This document shows positions 51,003 to 63,446 of a stretch of 64,000 nt of DNA, piece by piece. The notes under the pieces are model-generated. The model saw only the letters and a program-made list of their open reading frames with translations. It was not told the DNA's origin and searched no databases. The position numbers and the translations under genes were made by a program. Each line of letters starts with the position of its first letter. Position 1 is the stretch's first letter. Source of the DNA: Paragordius varius (Eukaryota > Animalia > Nematomorpha). The stretch spans positions 744,001 to 808,000 of the forward strand of contig OZ176058.1 of the NCBI GenBank assembly GCA_964247055.1. The letters are read 5' to 3'.

Positions 51003-51750
51003 TATTTTGAAGTTAAGGTTTTGGGCAACCGTCGCATGGCTTTTGCCAAGAATCAAAAATGTTGTTAATTGCTTGGTGATTCTATGCAATTTTGGTGTTG
51101 CAGAAAACTATTATACGCCAGTTTTTATATAAAGTTGTGAATTCTTTTTTGAAAGAAATGATATTGTAATTTTTCAATGAGAGAGGATCTTGCTCAATTT
51201 AATGCATGTGTGGAAAAATTTTCTTTAAGTGTCAAATATCTTTCGCAAGTTGTAAGTGATATCATTACTAGGGACGAGTTATTCATACTAGTTTGATGTT
51301 TTAGTTCAAAACGAGAGAACGCTTAACTCATAAAATTCCCTTCCCTCAAAGGTAACTGATTCTGAACTCAGAAGAGGGGGATTACCAATTCGTTTATGTA
51401 TTAATTTCAATCGTTTCGGTGTCGATATTGCAATATATAGGAATTCCCTATAATTAGCGGCTTTCATGTGGTTAAAATTATAGACGCTCTAAATAGTGTG
51501 GTTGCGGGTGGTTGCTCCTGCGGGAATGGGTCAGAACATTGCTTTATATCCTCTATAATAACTTCGAATTAAATTCATTCGTCCTGGCTATCATGTGAAA
51601 GTAGTGGATTCGGCCAGTTCCTTGGATTTGACTCATTCGGTGATATAAAATAGTTCGTTTGTGCAGAAGTATGGGTTTTGTTGTTCCCTTTTTGAATATT
51701 GGGACTTTATTAGTTTTGAAATGTAAAATTGTTTTTGGATTGACCAAAAA
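51003..51750 (-). mobile_element. R2/NeSL-like RT fragment, copy 3
   Basis: Collinear with 26805-27605 (tttcaatcgtttcggtgtcgatat; gtagtggattcggccagttcc; gttcgtttgtgcagaagtatggg). Confidence 0.7.
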
Positions 51751-51763
51751 TTAAAAAAAACAG

Positions 51764-51790
51764 AAGCGGGGTAGACCTAGACTTTCTTAA
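51764..51790 (+). CDS. AT-hook terminal-exon-like segment KRGRPRLS*
   Basis: cag|AAG CGG GGT AGA CCT AGA CTT TCT TAA; the downstream flank is homologous to the other two copies. Confidence 0.3.
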   Translation, partial: KRGRPRLS

Positions 51791-52338
51791 GATTGTTTTT
51801 GTTATGCCTTATGAAACGAAATAATTTTTTACAGAGAGTGTAAATATTTTAAATTTTTTAGTTTTACAAATATATCATAAAAAAATATATTAGCGATACA
51901 ATTTTATTATTAAAAGCTTTAGTGTTAAAAGGATACGTTAATATCTGACATTTAAAAATATTTTTTAATATCATAAAGAAACAATAACCTTAAATAGCAA
52001 CGTGGAATACCAGCCAAAGCCATATAAATTACATTGTAAGAAAAGAAAAAAAAGGTATTCAAAAGTATAGTTTGTCTTTTACAAAATATATATATATTTT
52101 TTTATTTTTTAGTTGAAATTGTATAAATACATTTTATACTTGAAATTTACTTAGATTTAAGTAATTTTTGAATAGAGAATCCGCATCTATATATAGTTTA
52201 TAAAGAATCTACACATAATTTGTAAAATAAGAAAATAACGTATTTGGAATATATAAAAAATTAGCCAAATAAAAAGTTCATAACCGATTATTAATAAAAT
52301 CAGACTTGTAAAGTTTATCTACTTATGGCTATAATATA

Positions 52339-52370
<32 letters not shown>

Positions 52371-53627
52371 TTCCCCCCGTAAGATGCCATTTTTTTCAAA
52401 AAAAACAAAGTCCACAAAAATAATTTTTTGATTCTATTTATTGCTAAAGGTATGAGACCGTAAAAATTTATTTATTGTGGTTGTTTAAATAAAAAAAAGG
52501 TATTAAAAAGATATAGTTTAACTTATTTAGGAATATCAAGGTATAAACCCTTGTTTGTTAAATTGTTTATAAGTTAATAACCTCGTTTTTTGAAATTCTA
52601 TGAAAAGAGACTGTACATCAAACTTTAGTAGAATTGTATGTACAAATGTTTGATTTTATTAACTAAATCTATTATGTTTTTGATGCAAATGGTTTTAGGT
52701 GTTTAAGCAGTTGTTTTTAAAAGGAATGTAGGCGAATTCATATTAATTATAATGGGACGTAATTGTATTTTACTTTATAAACTTTAGGTAGACTGTAAAT
52801 CCGGGTGGATAAAGTAAATTTAGGGGTGGCTGTTGTTTTTTGTTTTTCTGGTAATGATGATTGCCCTATTGCATTTTTAATCATAGTCATCTTAGTTGTC
52901 GGGTCTTTTTTAATGATTATATAACATCGCTTAATAGTTGATCACTCATTTTGTCAATATACTGTTCCTATGTTAAAATGAGGGTGGAGTTTCCTTGGGC
53001 AGGTAGCCTGATCATGTCAGGTAATAGCATCTTTCAAGGCTTGGAGCTCATTTTTTATATAAATTTCTTTTGGAGGTTTATCTTTTTAATATATGTCTGG
53101 TTCATTTGTATTATATCGGCTTGTTGTGGAAGAATGTGTACGCTGCTCTATATTATAGTGATTATGGTTTCTCTGGGAATATCGAAATTTAAACCTTTAT
53201 ATAGCATAAATTTAAGATCGTTAGTTATGGGTTTTAGCTGTTTTATCGGGACCGATAGTCATAGTGTGGTTGTTATGGTTGCTTTTTGACTTGCGAGGAA
53301 CTTATCGAATTTGTCGATTTTTGAGTGGGTAACTTTTTGAATACATTGTTTGACCTTTCATATGATATGCGATCTAGCTTTATATATTGGGAAAGAATGT
53401 TTACCAATTGTATGTGATTTATACAAAGATTGGTTTTGTGATGATATTATTTTGTGTAATATCATTTCATTTTTTCAAATATTATGTGTTTAGATGAGTA
53501 AAAATGTAATCGGAAGCATAGGAATTCTGGAATTACAGAATTATTTATGCATAGTTTAAGGAATAGGCGTTGCCAAAGCTTTTTGTAAATTCTATTTGAG
53601 GTAGTTTAATTTGTTTAGATATGCCTT
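52371..53627 (-). mobile_element. Decayed Penelope-like element, RT N-terminal half
   Basis: Minus-strand motifs in the correct order: MLYKGLNF (about 53184-53207), PAQGNSTLIL..YIDKM (for PADKG), KKDPTTK (about 52891-52911), RIYSLPKV (52779-52803), QLRPII (52746-52763) and KFDVQSLF (52601-52624). Many stops and frameshifts. Confidence 0.8.
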
Positions 53628-53629
53628 GG

Positions 53630-56600
53630 TGGGAAAGTTATGTTTAAATATGATATCACTATTAAAACATTTAACATGTGTACCAATAATTACTTTTATA
53701 CCAATTAAATCTATAATTGCACGAAAATTAGTTATAATATGTGATTTATCATACTAATTACGATATAATATTTATATCGTTTTTCTATAAAGATTGGAGT
53801 GGATGTAATATAAATTTTATCAAATTAAATATTTTCAATTTATCTCGCAATTATATAATATTTGTGTATCATTTAAATTTTCTAGCTCTAAAACATTTTA
53901 AATATGCAATAAAAAATTTCAAATATGGTTTTTAAGGGCAGGCTTTTTACATAATTGGACGAGAAATTTTAATTATATCATTTAATTCTAACAAAAAATC
54001 ACCCTATTACCTATTAATTCAAATTCGATAATAAAACATTAGAAATTAATTTAATAGCGAATATAATTTTGGAAGTTTATAAATTTTAATTATAAACTTT
54101 TATAAATTTTATGTATGTCAATGGATGCCCCATTACATTAATCTGGATGTGAGAAAAAATTGTGTTTGATATCTGCCATAACTGATTCTGAAATAAATAA
54201 ATATGTTTAATTAAACATAACATATTAAGTTTTATTTATAATTTTAACTCTGCAGAAATATTCAAAACGGAATAAAATAATGATTCTTAAATATTTTGGC
54301 TCATTAAATGGATACCCGCAAACTGGTAAATAAAGGATGGAAAATTTTACCTCAAATAATAAGTTAAGAACGAGTACCCTATTAAAAACCAAGGACATGT
54401 TGAATATAATACTTTATGAGCTCTGTATATTTTACACATCTCAGGGGTCACATTATGGGGCGTCCTTTCTCGAAAATATTAATACATCTATTGGTATTAT
54501 TTTATAATTATCTATAAATTCATAAAAATGTCATACATATTATTCAGTTAAGATACATTTAAGAGTATTGTGTAAGTCTTATAGCAAATCACAATTTAAA
54601 GTTGTTTCTGCAAAATATTATTGAATAATCAGGGAAAAAATTTTCTGTTTTAATTTTGATTTCTAGGATAAATATTTCAAATTAAAATATACATCACATT
54701 TCAAAATGAAATTATGTTGCCCATTAATTAAAAATGGTTTTTGCCGATTGAGAATTAAAAAATTATATTTTTAATTATGTTTTTGTATATCGTACTTAAA
54801 GGCATTAGTTCTATACAAAACCCTATTGTATTACCGATTGATCAACAATAAAGGGGACCAATTTAAATCAAACTAAAAATGTTTCAGCACAATAAATAGA
54901 TCTTAGCTTTCGAAAAGAGATGATTATATAAAAAAAATTAAAAACTTTTATTCATTGTTATTTTTTAAATATTATACAGATTTATTTCACTCAAATTTAT
55001 ATTCCCCATAATAATGATATTGACAGCCATATTTATATTTCAGTGATCAAAAACGCTTGACTTTGTGACTTAGCTTATTAGTAAATTACATTTTATTGTT
55101 TACAGGCTCCTAGAATATGCGGCTTTTGAAATAATATCTATAAAAAGCAGTTAATTTCTTACATCTTATAAATTCTTTAATAATCTACAAGTCAAGACAT
55201 AAGCATTTTTTTATCACATTAATTAAAGCGTGGATATATCGATATGTTTTAAATATGGAATAACTTAATGAGTTTTTCATTATATAACAATAAGTTATAT
55301 ATATATATATATCTAATAGTCACCATTTATTTATTTCGACTAAAAGAAAAATATATTTTAAATGGACAACATATTATATAATTTTCATAAATTACCGTTT
55401 TCTGTTGGAATATTAAGAATCTAGGTGAAAATTGGTAACACACTCATTTAGCTATACTTGTAATTATAACATAAAATACTTAGGAAAAATAGGTATAAAA
55501 AAAGTTAAAAAACACATCATGAAACAAAATATAATGACAAAGCATATTTAAAATATTATATAATTTTAAAGCAAAAAAGATGAACCATAAAACATAAATC
55601 TATTTTCTCTGTTTAAATAACTTTTACTTAAATAGATGACGTATTTTAATATAGAAATATAATATATATATTATCTTTGCTGAGATATATAATTATTATT
55701 ATTTTGTCATTTTAATATTATGTTTTTTAAACATAAAAATTTAATCGAAAAATTTAAAATCACAAAAAAAAATATTTTTAATAAAATCGATATAAATTCG
55801 TGTCTTCAAATATGAAGGTTACCATTTATAATCTCATTATTAATTTTTGGTTGTAAGAATATTTTTATTAAAATCCTATAAATTAATTATACTCTTTATC
55901 TAAAATGTAAAAAAATAAAAATATAAAGACAAAATGTAAAATTAATAGGATAAATATTTTTTATTAATAGAAAAAATACTTTTAAACACTTGATTTTATC
56001 CTACATAATCTATTTATTGACAATTTTTAAATTTTATAGTGTCATAATTTATATATATTATTTTATGTGCAAAAAAAGATATTAATGCAAATATATCAAG
56101 GTTGTTTAAAAAAGTATGGTTGTGTTTTGATATAAAATATGGTTGTATTTATGTTATTACTTTTGTCTGTATAATTTAAAATTATACTGCTAATAAACGG
56201 GACCGTACAATAAAGGTAGCTTAAGATTAAAAATTTATATTGACCTTATATTTAGTGGCACAAAAATGCAAAAATATTTTATCATAAAATATATTTTTCA
56301 ATTCTACCCATGTTATTTAAATCTTTTTTCAATTCATATTTTCTCCAAAAATGACATATAAATTCCCCGCTTTTAGTGTTTATCTAACTTTTTCCATTTC
56401 ACATTTTCATGATATTGTGGGTTTCGGAATAATTTTTTTATCAAATTTGAAACAGCACAATCTCTCAGCAAACAATCATCATACTTATACGGTAACGAGA
56501 GTTATTATTGGCCATTTCGGTTGTCTAATTGGGTACATGTATGAAGTTAGTTTTCAATTTGTTGGATTTTGAAAATAGTTAAAATATTGTCAATTAATCT

Positions 56601-57750
56601 TTCTTGTAGCTGATTTTTTGGATGTTTTGATTTCGAGGGATAGAATAGGAATGTTTTATAAATGTCCTCTTGACTAATATTGGCTTTGTTCAGTTATAAT
56701 ATTAATTATAAGTTTGGATTTGTCTTTAGAGATTGTCTTTATATATTGTCTGTTTAATTTTAATAACCAAAAATTAATATATTAACGAGAGCGGCGTTAC
56801 ATTGGTGACCAAGACAAAATAAACCACTGGAAACATGGTATATAAAGAGTTTTTTTAAAACAGAAATTGAGCATAAAACGTTCTCATCAAATTTTGATTG
56901 TAAATTGTTAACATATTTGATATAGCATTTTATATTATGAGTCTTTAGTTATAAATTATTGATTTGGAAATAAGATCTGCCATCTATTTATTAGAATTTT
57001 TCATACCAAAACGCAAAAACATAAAGAAAAAATTTAAAAAAAACTCAATCATACCTTTTTGAATCTCATTTTTTCCAATATGAAATTACTATAGTAAAAA
57101 ACATAAATGATTGTTTTACCAATCTACATTTCTATTTCATACTTTACAATTTTAGGGAAATAGTTATATTTTACTCATCAACCCGTTTGCCTTGGGAGAG
57201 GGTGAGGTGTTGATACACCTTTAATATTATTTTGTTTAAGATTAATTTTTTCAAGTGTAATTTGACATTGTCGGTTACGATTAAATAAAATCAAACGTAC
57301 ATTTCAGTAAAAATTATACGATTTTTTAAAGGAAACCATACTCCTATTTTTAAATAAACCGAATTGTTTAATTTGCAAGTATATAAAAGAGTTATATATT
57401 GGTAACACAATCAATTATGTTGTTTAAAATTCAACCAAATTAATTTTTAAAGGAAATTTGAAAAAATATAGCGGTTCTGAAAAAATATAGTCATCTATTT
57501 TTACGTTTTATCTGTATAATTTCAATTTTTACAATGTGTTTACAATGCTATTCTGAAACATTAACATGATATGTTGCTATTATAGTTGCTAAGGTCAATT
57601 CCGACTAACTGCAACATTGAAGATAAAACTTCTCCATTTATTGGGAATGCAAGATCTGGCGTTTTGTTTGGTTAATCTTTGAACTTTGAGTAAATAAACT
57701 TCCACCCATGGCAGGAGCTAAATAGTAGTAAAATAAATTTAGTTTTATAA
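53630..57750. repeat. Segmental-duplication block, copy 4 (most complete right end)
   Basis: Collinear with copies 1-3; 56030-56170 is near-identical to 14335-14470. Confidence 0.85.
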
Positions 57751-57814
57751 AGGCTTCGAAAAACATAAAATAATAGTAAAAAAATAATAATTGTCATGTA
57801 ATACATTATTTATT

Positions 57815-57940
57815 AATGTCAGCCCTTGATAGGGATTTAAGATTATCTAGGGTCCTTATTACAAATTAAGTCTTTCCGCTTGATAAAAAGACGCTTAATT
57901 AGTTGTTTCCAACACAGAGGGCTTCCGCATCATTGACCCC
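57815..57940 (-). ncRNA. Candidate structured RNA (C/D-box-like motifs, several hairpins)
   Basis: Minus strand ATGATGC (57927-57933) ... CTGA (57819-57822); GTTG-GAAA-CAAC tetraloop; AATTAAG..TCTTT / AAAGA..CTTAATT stem; AGCCCT/AGGGCT pairing. The terminal stem is weak. Confidence 0.25.
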
Positions 57941-59317
57941 AAAAATATGGTTCAAATTAGGAATATCTAAGGACATTCATATTTGAATAATTCATTTAAA
58001 AAAATTTTAGAACAGAAAACATTTAGAGATTGAATAAGCTGAAGTTCATCAAATATTAATTTTATGTGATTTTGTGATCACATCTTTACAAATTATGAAT
58101 ATAAATTATTCTGGCAGGAAAATCTCGTAGAACCGTATGTTTGAAACACCTGTTCTAAAATATATATTTATTACCAAAACGAAGCATTTTAAAAAAATTT
58201 AATATAATTTTCATGCCAGCATAATTATGCGGATCAGAATATATATTCTGAACAACTTGATTTAAAATATGTTTAAAATACACTATTTAGGGAGAGTGGC
58301 AAAAAATTGTAAAATACATTCTGATAAAGAAATGTGTTTAAATTCCCATGGCGCTTTTGATTTTTATGGTGTCAAAATATATAAAGTCTTACTTTTGTGT
58401 AATTGTGCCGTATATAATACTGCGAAGTTACCGCACATTATGGAATATAAATGATTAAATCTAAATGTTTTTTCAATAATATTAATCATGTTTAAAAGCA
58501 AATTATAATTATATAATTGTAATTTTAAGCTTAGGTTGTGGGCTCCGAAAGTTATTTTAAACCAAACTAAAATCATAAAGTTTTCTGGAATAAACTGTTG
58601 ATTTAGCGAAATTTTTAGTAGCTAAATTTAATTAAGTAAGGTATTTTATAACCTTATAAGGTAGTTTGTATCAGAGCTATTTAAAATTTTATAATATATA
58701 GAGTATTTTATATGTTGGTAAAATTGAAAATCAATTCTTTAACGGTGATATAAATTTTAATGTTAATTTTTAACATGATTCTCAACTCAAAATTTTTACC
58801 AGCTTTTATGTTTTAAATCTACTAAAAACTTTTTGTTTTTAAAAACATAGTACTCAACATATAACGATGCGAGCAATTTTTAGAATAAAATGAGTTTTAA
58901 AATTATAAAGGCATTAACAACTATTTTTTTAGATTTTAACATTATTATTTCACTAATTAGTAGGCCCACCATAAGGACTTTTTTAAATTTTATTAATTCA
59001 ACAAGATTTTTTATAATTAAATCTATTGGAAATGTTTACAATATTGCATGTAAAATCTATCTCTGGAGCCCGCATCGCCAAAACCTAAGAAATATGATAA
59101 TTTTGATCTGTTTTTTCTATAAGAATATATATTTTTCTACCTAATTTTTTGCTTGTTATTGAATTATAATCAGATCCGATATTGAGCAAAATTAGAATAT
59201 AAGAAAAATCTATAAGCACTATCCAAATATACTAAAGAACATATCATAATAAATAGTAAGATTATGAAATTCTACATCTGTGTACAATTTTAATTTTAAC
59301 CATATCTTGCTTTCAGT

Positions 59318-59371
59318 ATGGCCGATACTTTTGTTGAGGATTTGATTGAAGCCCCTTTTATTAAAGAAAAG
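59318..59371 (+). CDS. RBM39: RBM39/RBM23-like splicing factor, coding exon 1 (MADTFVEDLIEAPFIKEK)
   Basis: Resembles the conserved RBM39 start MADD.D[IV]EAMLEAPYKK. tttcag acceptor 1 nt before the ATG; gtataa donor. RRMs are not in the window, so the symbol is tentative. Confidence 0.7.
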
Positions 59372-59396
59372 GTATAAAATTAGCTAATATATATAG

Positions 59397-59446
59397 TCCA
59401 AACGAAGCAGCTCAATTGAAAAGGAAAACGCAAACCATAGTAGCAG
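59397..59446 (+). CDS. RBM39: RBM39-like exon 2 (SKRSSSIEKENANHSS), after a 25-nt intron
   Basis: Intron gtataaaattagctaatatatatag (59372-59396). Phase 0 in, phase 2 out, matching the next exon. Confidence 0.7.
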
Positions 59447-60290
59447 GTTTGATATTAAATTTTTTTGGTTCTATATTTTTAAACATTTATTTATTAATAA
59501 AATCAATAAACTCAAAAGGTGATGTTTGTCATATTAATATATTAAATATAAACTTATTGGTTTGAAATTTTTTATGTCCATTTTTAATTTGGTTCGCTTT
59601 TTTAAAAAACTCAGTGCAGATGATATTAATTTTTTGTTGTCATTGTGTCTATTTATATAATTTTTAATTGTAAACTTTGAATATAACTTAACAAAAAATC
59701 AGTTTTTTAAAAGTTATATAAAATCAATTAATAAGCCTAAAATTAGCTACACGTTTACTATTGATGTCTTTTCTCCACAATTTATGCCATTCTTTATGTT
59801 AAAATTAAAACTTATATAGTATGATTCAGATATGTAAATCCCTAATATTTATACTACCAATTTTATTTATTCTCAATGTGTGCCAATTAAAAAAACACCA
59901 AAATAGAAGACAACTAAACCCATTTTTTAAAATTCAAATCTATATATCTGTATATAAATTTAAACCAAAATAGATATGAGTGTTGCCAATAAAGAGGGCT
60001 TTCTCACCTATGTCTTACTATCAAAACACCGTCGTAACGTGAAAAACACATCTCTCGTCCTTTAAAATTTGCATTTTTTTGTAATACATATATATATACA
60101 TTTTTTATGAAAAAAAATTGTTGTGCATTCTAGATTTTCAGACACATGCGGCGAAAGTGTGACAAAGTTCTACGCATCCAATACATACATATTTTATAAA
60201 CTTTCTTTGACAAAAAATATTATCTTTATTATTATCATATATTGCGGAACAATGATTAATATTCTTTATTTTTTGTATGTGTACACACAG

Positions 60291-60656
60291 CTTTGAAAAT
60301 GGTGATGATTCATTACTACTGCATGTTAAAAAACAGATTTCTCCCTTCCCAACAACAAAATCAACGGAAAAGGAAACTAAAAAACGAAAATCATCTCATC
60401 ACCATGATTCTGCAGAAAAAAAACGTGATAAAAGACATCACCATGATGGCAAAAAAAAGCTCTCTAGAAGCAAAAGTCGATCACGATCACCTGATCGTAG
60501 ACATAGATCATCCAAAAGACGCAGTAGATCCAAAACATCTGACCGGAAAAAGGCTGCGAAAAAAAGTTCAAGAAAAGCCTCTCATTCTCGTTCTCTCTCA
60601 CCATCACCGGCAAAGAAAAAAGAGACGTCTTCATTATCCGACAAAAAATCTAAAAG
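60291..60656 (+). CDS. RBM39: RBM39-like exon 3, RS/basic domain
   Basis: cacag acceptor; ...SRSKSRSRSPDRRHRSSKRRSRS...; gttaga donor; phase 2 / phase 2. Confidence 0.85.
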
Positions 60657-61825
60657 GTTAGATTATATTTACATTTTACTTTGATAGGTATATGTAATTC
60701 TTCAATTTTTGTTAATCCCGATTGCACAAGTAGGCAAGTAATAAATCTGAAATATAATGTTTTAAAATGTACATGATAAGAAAAGTTAACTGCTAAAAAT
60801 ACAAAGAGATATCGGCAGCTTGTCGTTGATAATCTCAATAGCACACAAATAATTGATTTGTATTCTCACTTTACAGTTTTGGTATAAATGATTAAATACA
60901 ATAAATTTGCTACTCTTATTTCCCATATATTTTTGTCTTATATATTATTCTAATATCTCATTAAATTTGAATATTTATCCCTTATCATGATATCTAAAAA
61001 TTTAAAATTTTATACTTGTGTTTTTACGGATTTTTGAATTTGATGGATATTTGTTTTGTCTTTGCGACAATTTGATTTTTCCCGTTAATTTAACAATTAT
61101 TTAATATTTAAAAACCTCCATTTTGTAGTCATTTTTGAAATTAACTTTTTTTTTGATTTTTCACCAAAAACTAAATGTGCAGACGATTAAACTTTAAACG
61201 GAAAAATTATTATTATTCGTCTGCCACTTTACACCATATGATTTTGAAATGATTAATTCGTGATTAAGGTTCAATTACAAAAATACTTTTTATTTATTTT
61301 TTCGATTATATAATAAAAAACGAAACTAGGTATTTTTTTCAAAATATAATATAATATTGTGGACAACATTGCATATTTAAAATAATAATATACCATATAC
61401 AGTTCAAATTCACCCTTAAACAATTCAAATTTAACCTCATATAAATTATATGTTTTTTAAGGTTAAAAATTACCTTTACTTTTTTAATATTTTTAAAATA
61501 TGAAACTTTATTCAAAATAAATATAATGCTGAAATAACAAACTATGTTATAAGAATATATTTTTTATTATAGATAAGTTATATAGCAACCCGAAAACAAA
61601 ATTTTTTAGGGTAAATATGAATTGTTCAAGGGTCAATTTGAATTGTTCAAGAGTGAATTCGAATTGTTCAAGGGTGAATATGAATTATTCAAGGGTGAAT
61701 TTGAATTGTAAATAATAATGTTAATAATTTTCAAGATATTTTTATAATTTTTACTTTATTTTAAAAAAAAAATAATTTTCATTATAAATTAATTTTTATT
61801 TTTTACACTTTTTTTTCTGCTCTAG

Positions 61826-61863
61826 AAGGAGTCGTGATGAAACTCCCAAATCAAGCAAAAAAG
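61826..61863 (+). CDS. RBM39: RBM39-like exon 4 ((R)RSRDETPKSSKK)
   Basis: ctctag acceptor and gtaaat donor; phase 2 in, phase 1 out. Confidence 0.7.
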
Positions 61864-62309
61864 GTAAATTATAAAATATTATAATTATTATTGCACTTAT
61901 AATTTAACTAAAAATAAATTAATTAGGGTGAATTATCGATTACTACATAAGTAATCTAATCAAATGTAAAAATAAATAAAAATATAAACTAAAGATTAAA
62001 ATATAAATTAAAAATATTTAATGAGAAATGAAATTTGTACAATTTTTTGGCCTTAAAAGGTCTTTTAATTGGTGAATAGGGAAAAAATGTGTGATAAAAA
62101 GTAATCAGAAATAGCTAAAAAAGCTAAAAATATTTCACACATCCTTGCATACTAAATTGTTACAGTATGCATTTTAGAAAAATTATGTCATAAATATAAA
62201 ATATTATTTGAATTTAATTATTTTCCATTCATAATAATTATAATTTATTTTTACATTTTTTTCTACTTTTTATTTTTGTTGTAATAATTTTAGGTTTCCT
62301 AATATACAG

Positions 62310-62464
62310 TACAGTATGCATTTTAATGGTTAACTATTTCACATTTTATATGTGGGAAATTTGCAACCAGTAGTGTATGGAAAAAAACGAAATGTGTTGA
62401 ATAAACCATTTATTTCTTTTCTTTTTTTCCATACACTACTGTGTTGTGTTGCAAATTACCGAAT

Positions 62465-62513
<49 letters not shown>

Positions 62514-62546
62514 AAAATAAGCAACCATTAAAATGCATATACTATA
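62310..62546. mobile_element. MITE family 2 in an RBM39-like intron; second copy at about 62640-62820
   Basis: TA CAGTATGCATTTTAATGGTT ... AACCATTAAAATGCATATACTA TA, with an inner inverted repeat GTAGTGTATGGAAAAAA / TTTTTTCCATACACTAC. Confidence 0.7.
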
Positions 62547-63214
62547 TTAGGAAACACCTATTATTACAACAAAAATAAAATTATAATTGAAATTATAAAT
62601 GGAAAATTAATAAATTTTCTGTTTTTTAATATTTATTACATAATGCAATTTAATGGTTACTTATTTCACACTTTATAGTTTGGAAATTTGCAACACACAA
62701 CAGTAGTGTATGGAAAAAACAACGAAATGAATAAAACATTTATATCCTTTCTTTTTTCCATACACTACTGTTTTGCAAATAACTATACTGTGAAATAAGC
62801 AACCATTAAAATAAGCTGTATCTTTTCAGTATGTACCAAATAAAGAAATCTTAAGCAATTTTGCTATTCTATAAAGAATTTGAAAATTTAAAAACGACAA
62901 AAATCTATAAATAATTAAATTTAATTTATAAAAAATTTTTTTTTACAAAAAAATAAATATATATAAATGATAAACTTTAATGAGATAGTAAGTATATAAA
63001 GTTTTTTTTTAAAATTATTATAGATAAATATATCGATTCGGAAAATTTTTAATATATATATATATACATATTATAACACACCACTTAAAATATGCAAAAT
63101 AAATCTAAAACCAATATTTAAAATGTGTTTTTTGGGGCCAATTTAAAGGTTTTATTTAAATTATTATTACAACAGTTAAATCATATTAAATTAAAAATAA
63201 TTTATCAAATTATG

Positions 63215-63259
<45 letters not shown>

Positions 63260-63347
63260 TATTACTTTTTTATCAAAATTTATTTTTACATAATAAATGC
63301 ACATACAATTTTTTTAATTTTTAAAAATATATTTTTATTCACTATAG

Positions 63348-63446
63348 ATCACAAAAAGGATCGTGATTCTAGCGTTAAAAACACACCACAAACAGATGCT
63401 AAAAAATCAGCTGATCTTGATACTGAAATTATTGTTGATAAGTCTG
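63348..63446 (+). CDS. RBM39: RBM39-like exon 5 ((D)HKKDRDSSVKNTPQTDAKKSADLDTEIIVDKS)
   Basis: ctatag acceptor and gtatta donor; phase 1 / phase 1; open frame. Confidence 0.7.

Noticed and set aside
56300-56760. Possible ciliate-type code (TAA/TAG = Gln), suggested by a frame interrupted only by TAA
   Set aside because: The APRT and RBM39-like exons contain several CAA and no in-frame TAR, and the gypsy pol tail ends in TAA at the PPT. TAA excess is expected at this AT content.
60293-60844. ORFs 60293-60661 (+) and 60650-60844 (-)
   Set aside because: An alternative frame of the RS exon, and a random intronic antisense ORF.
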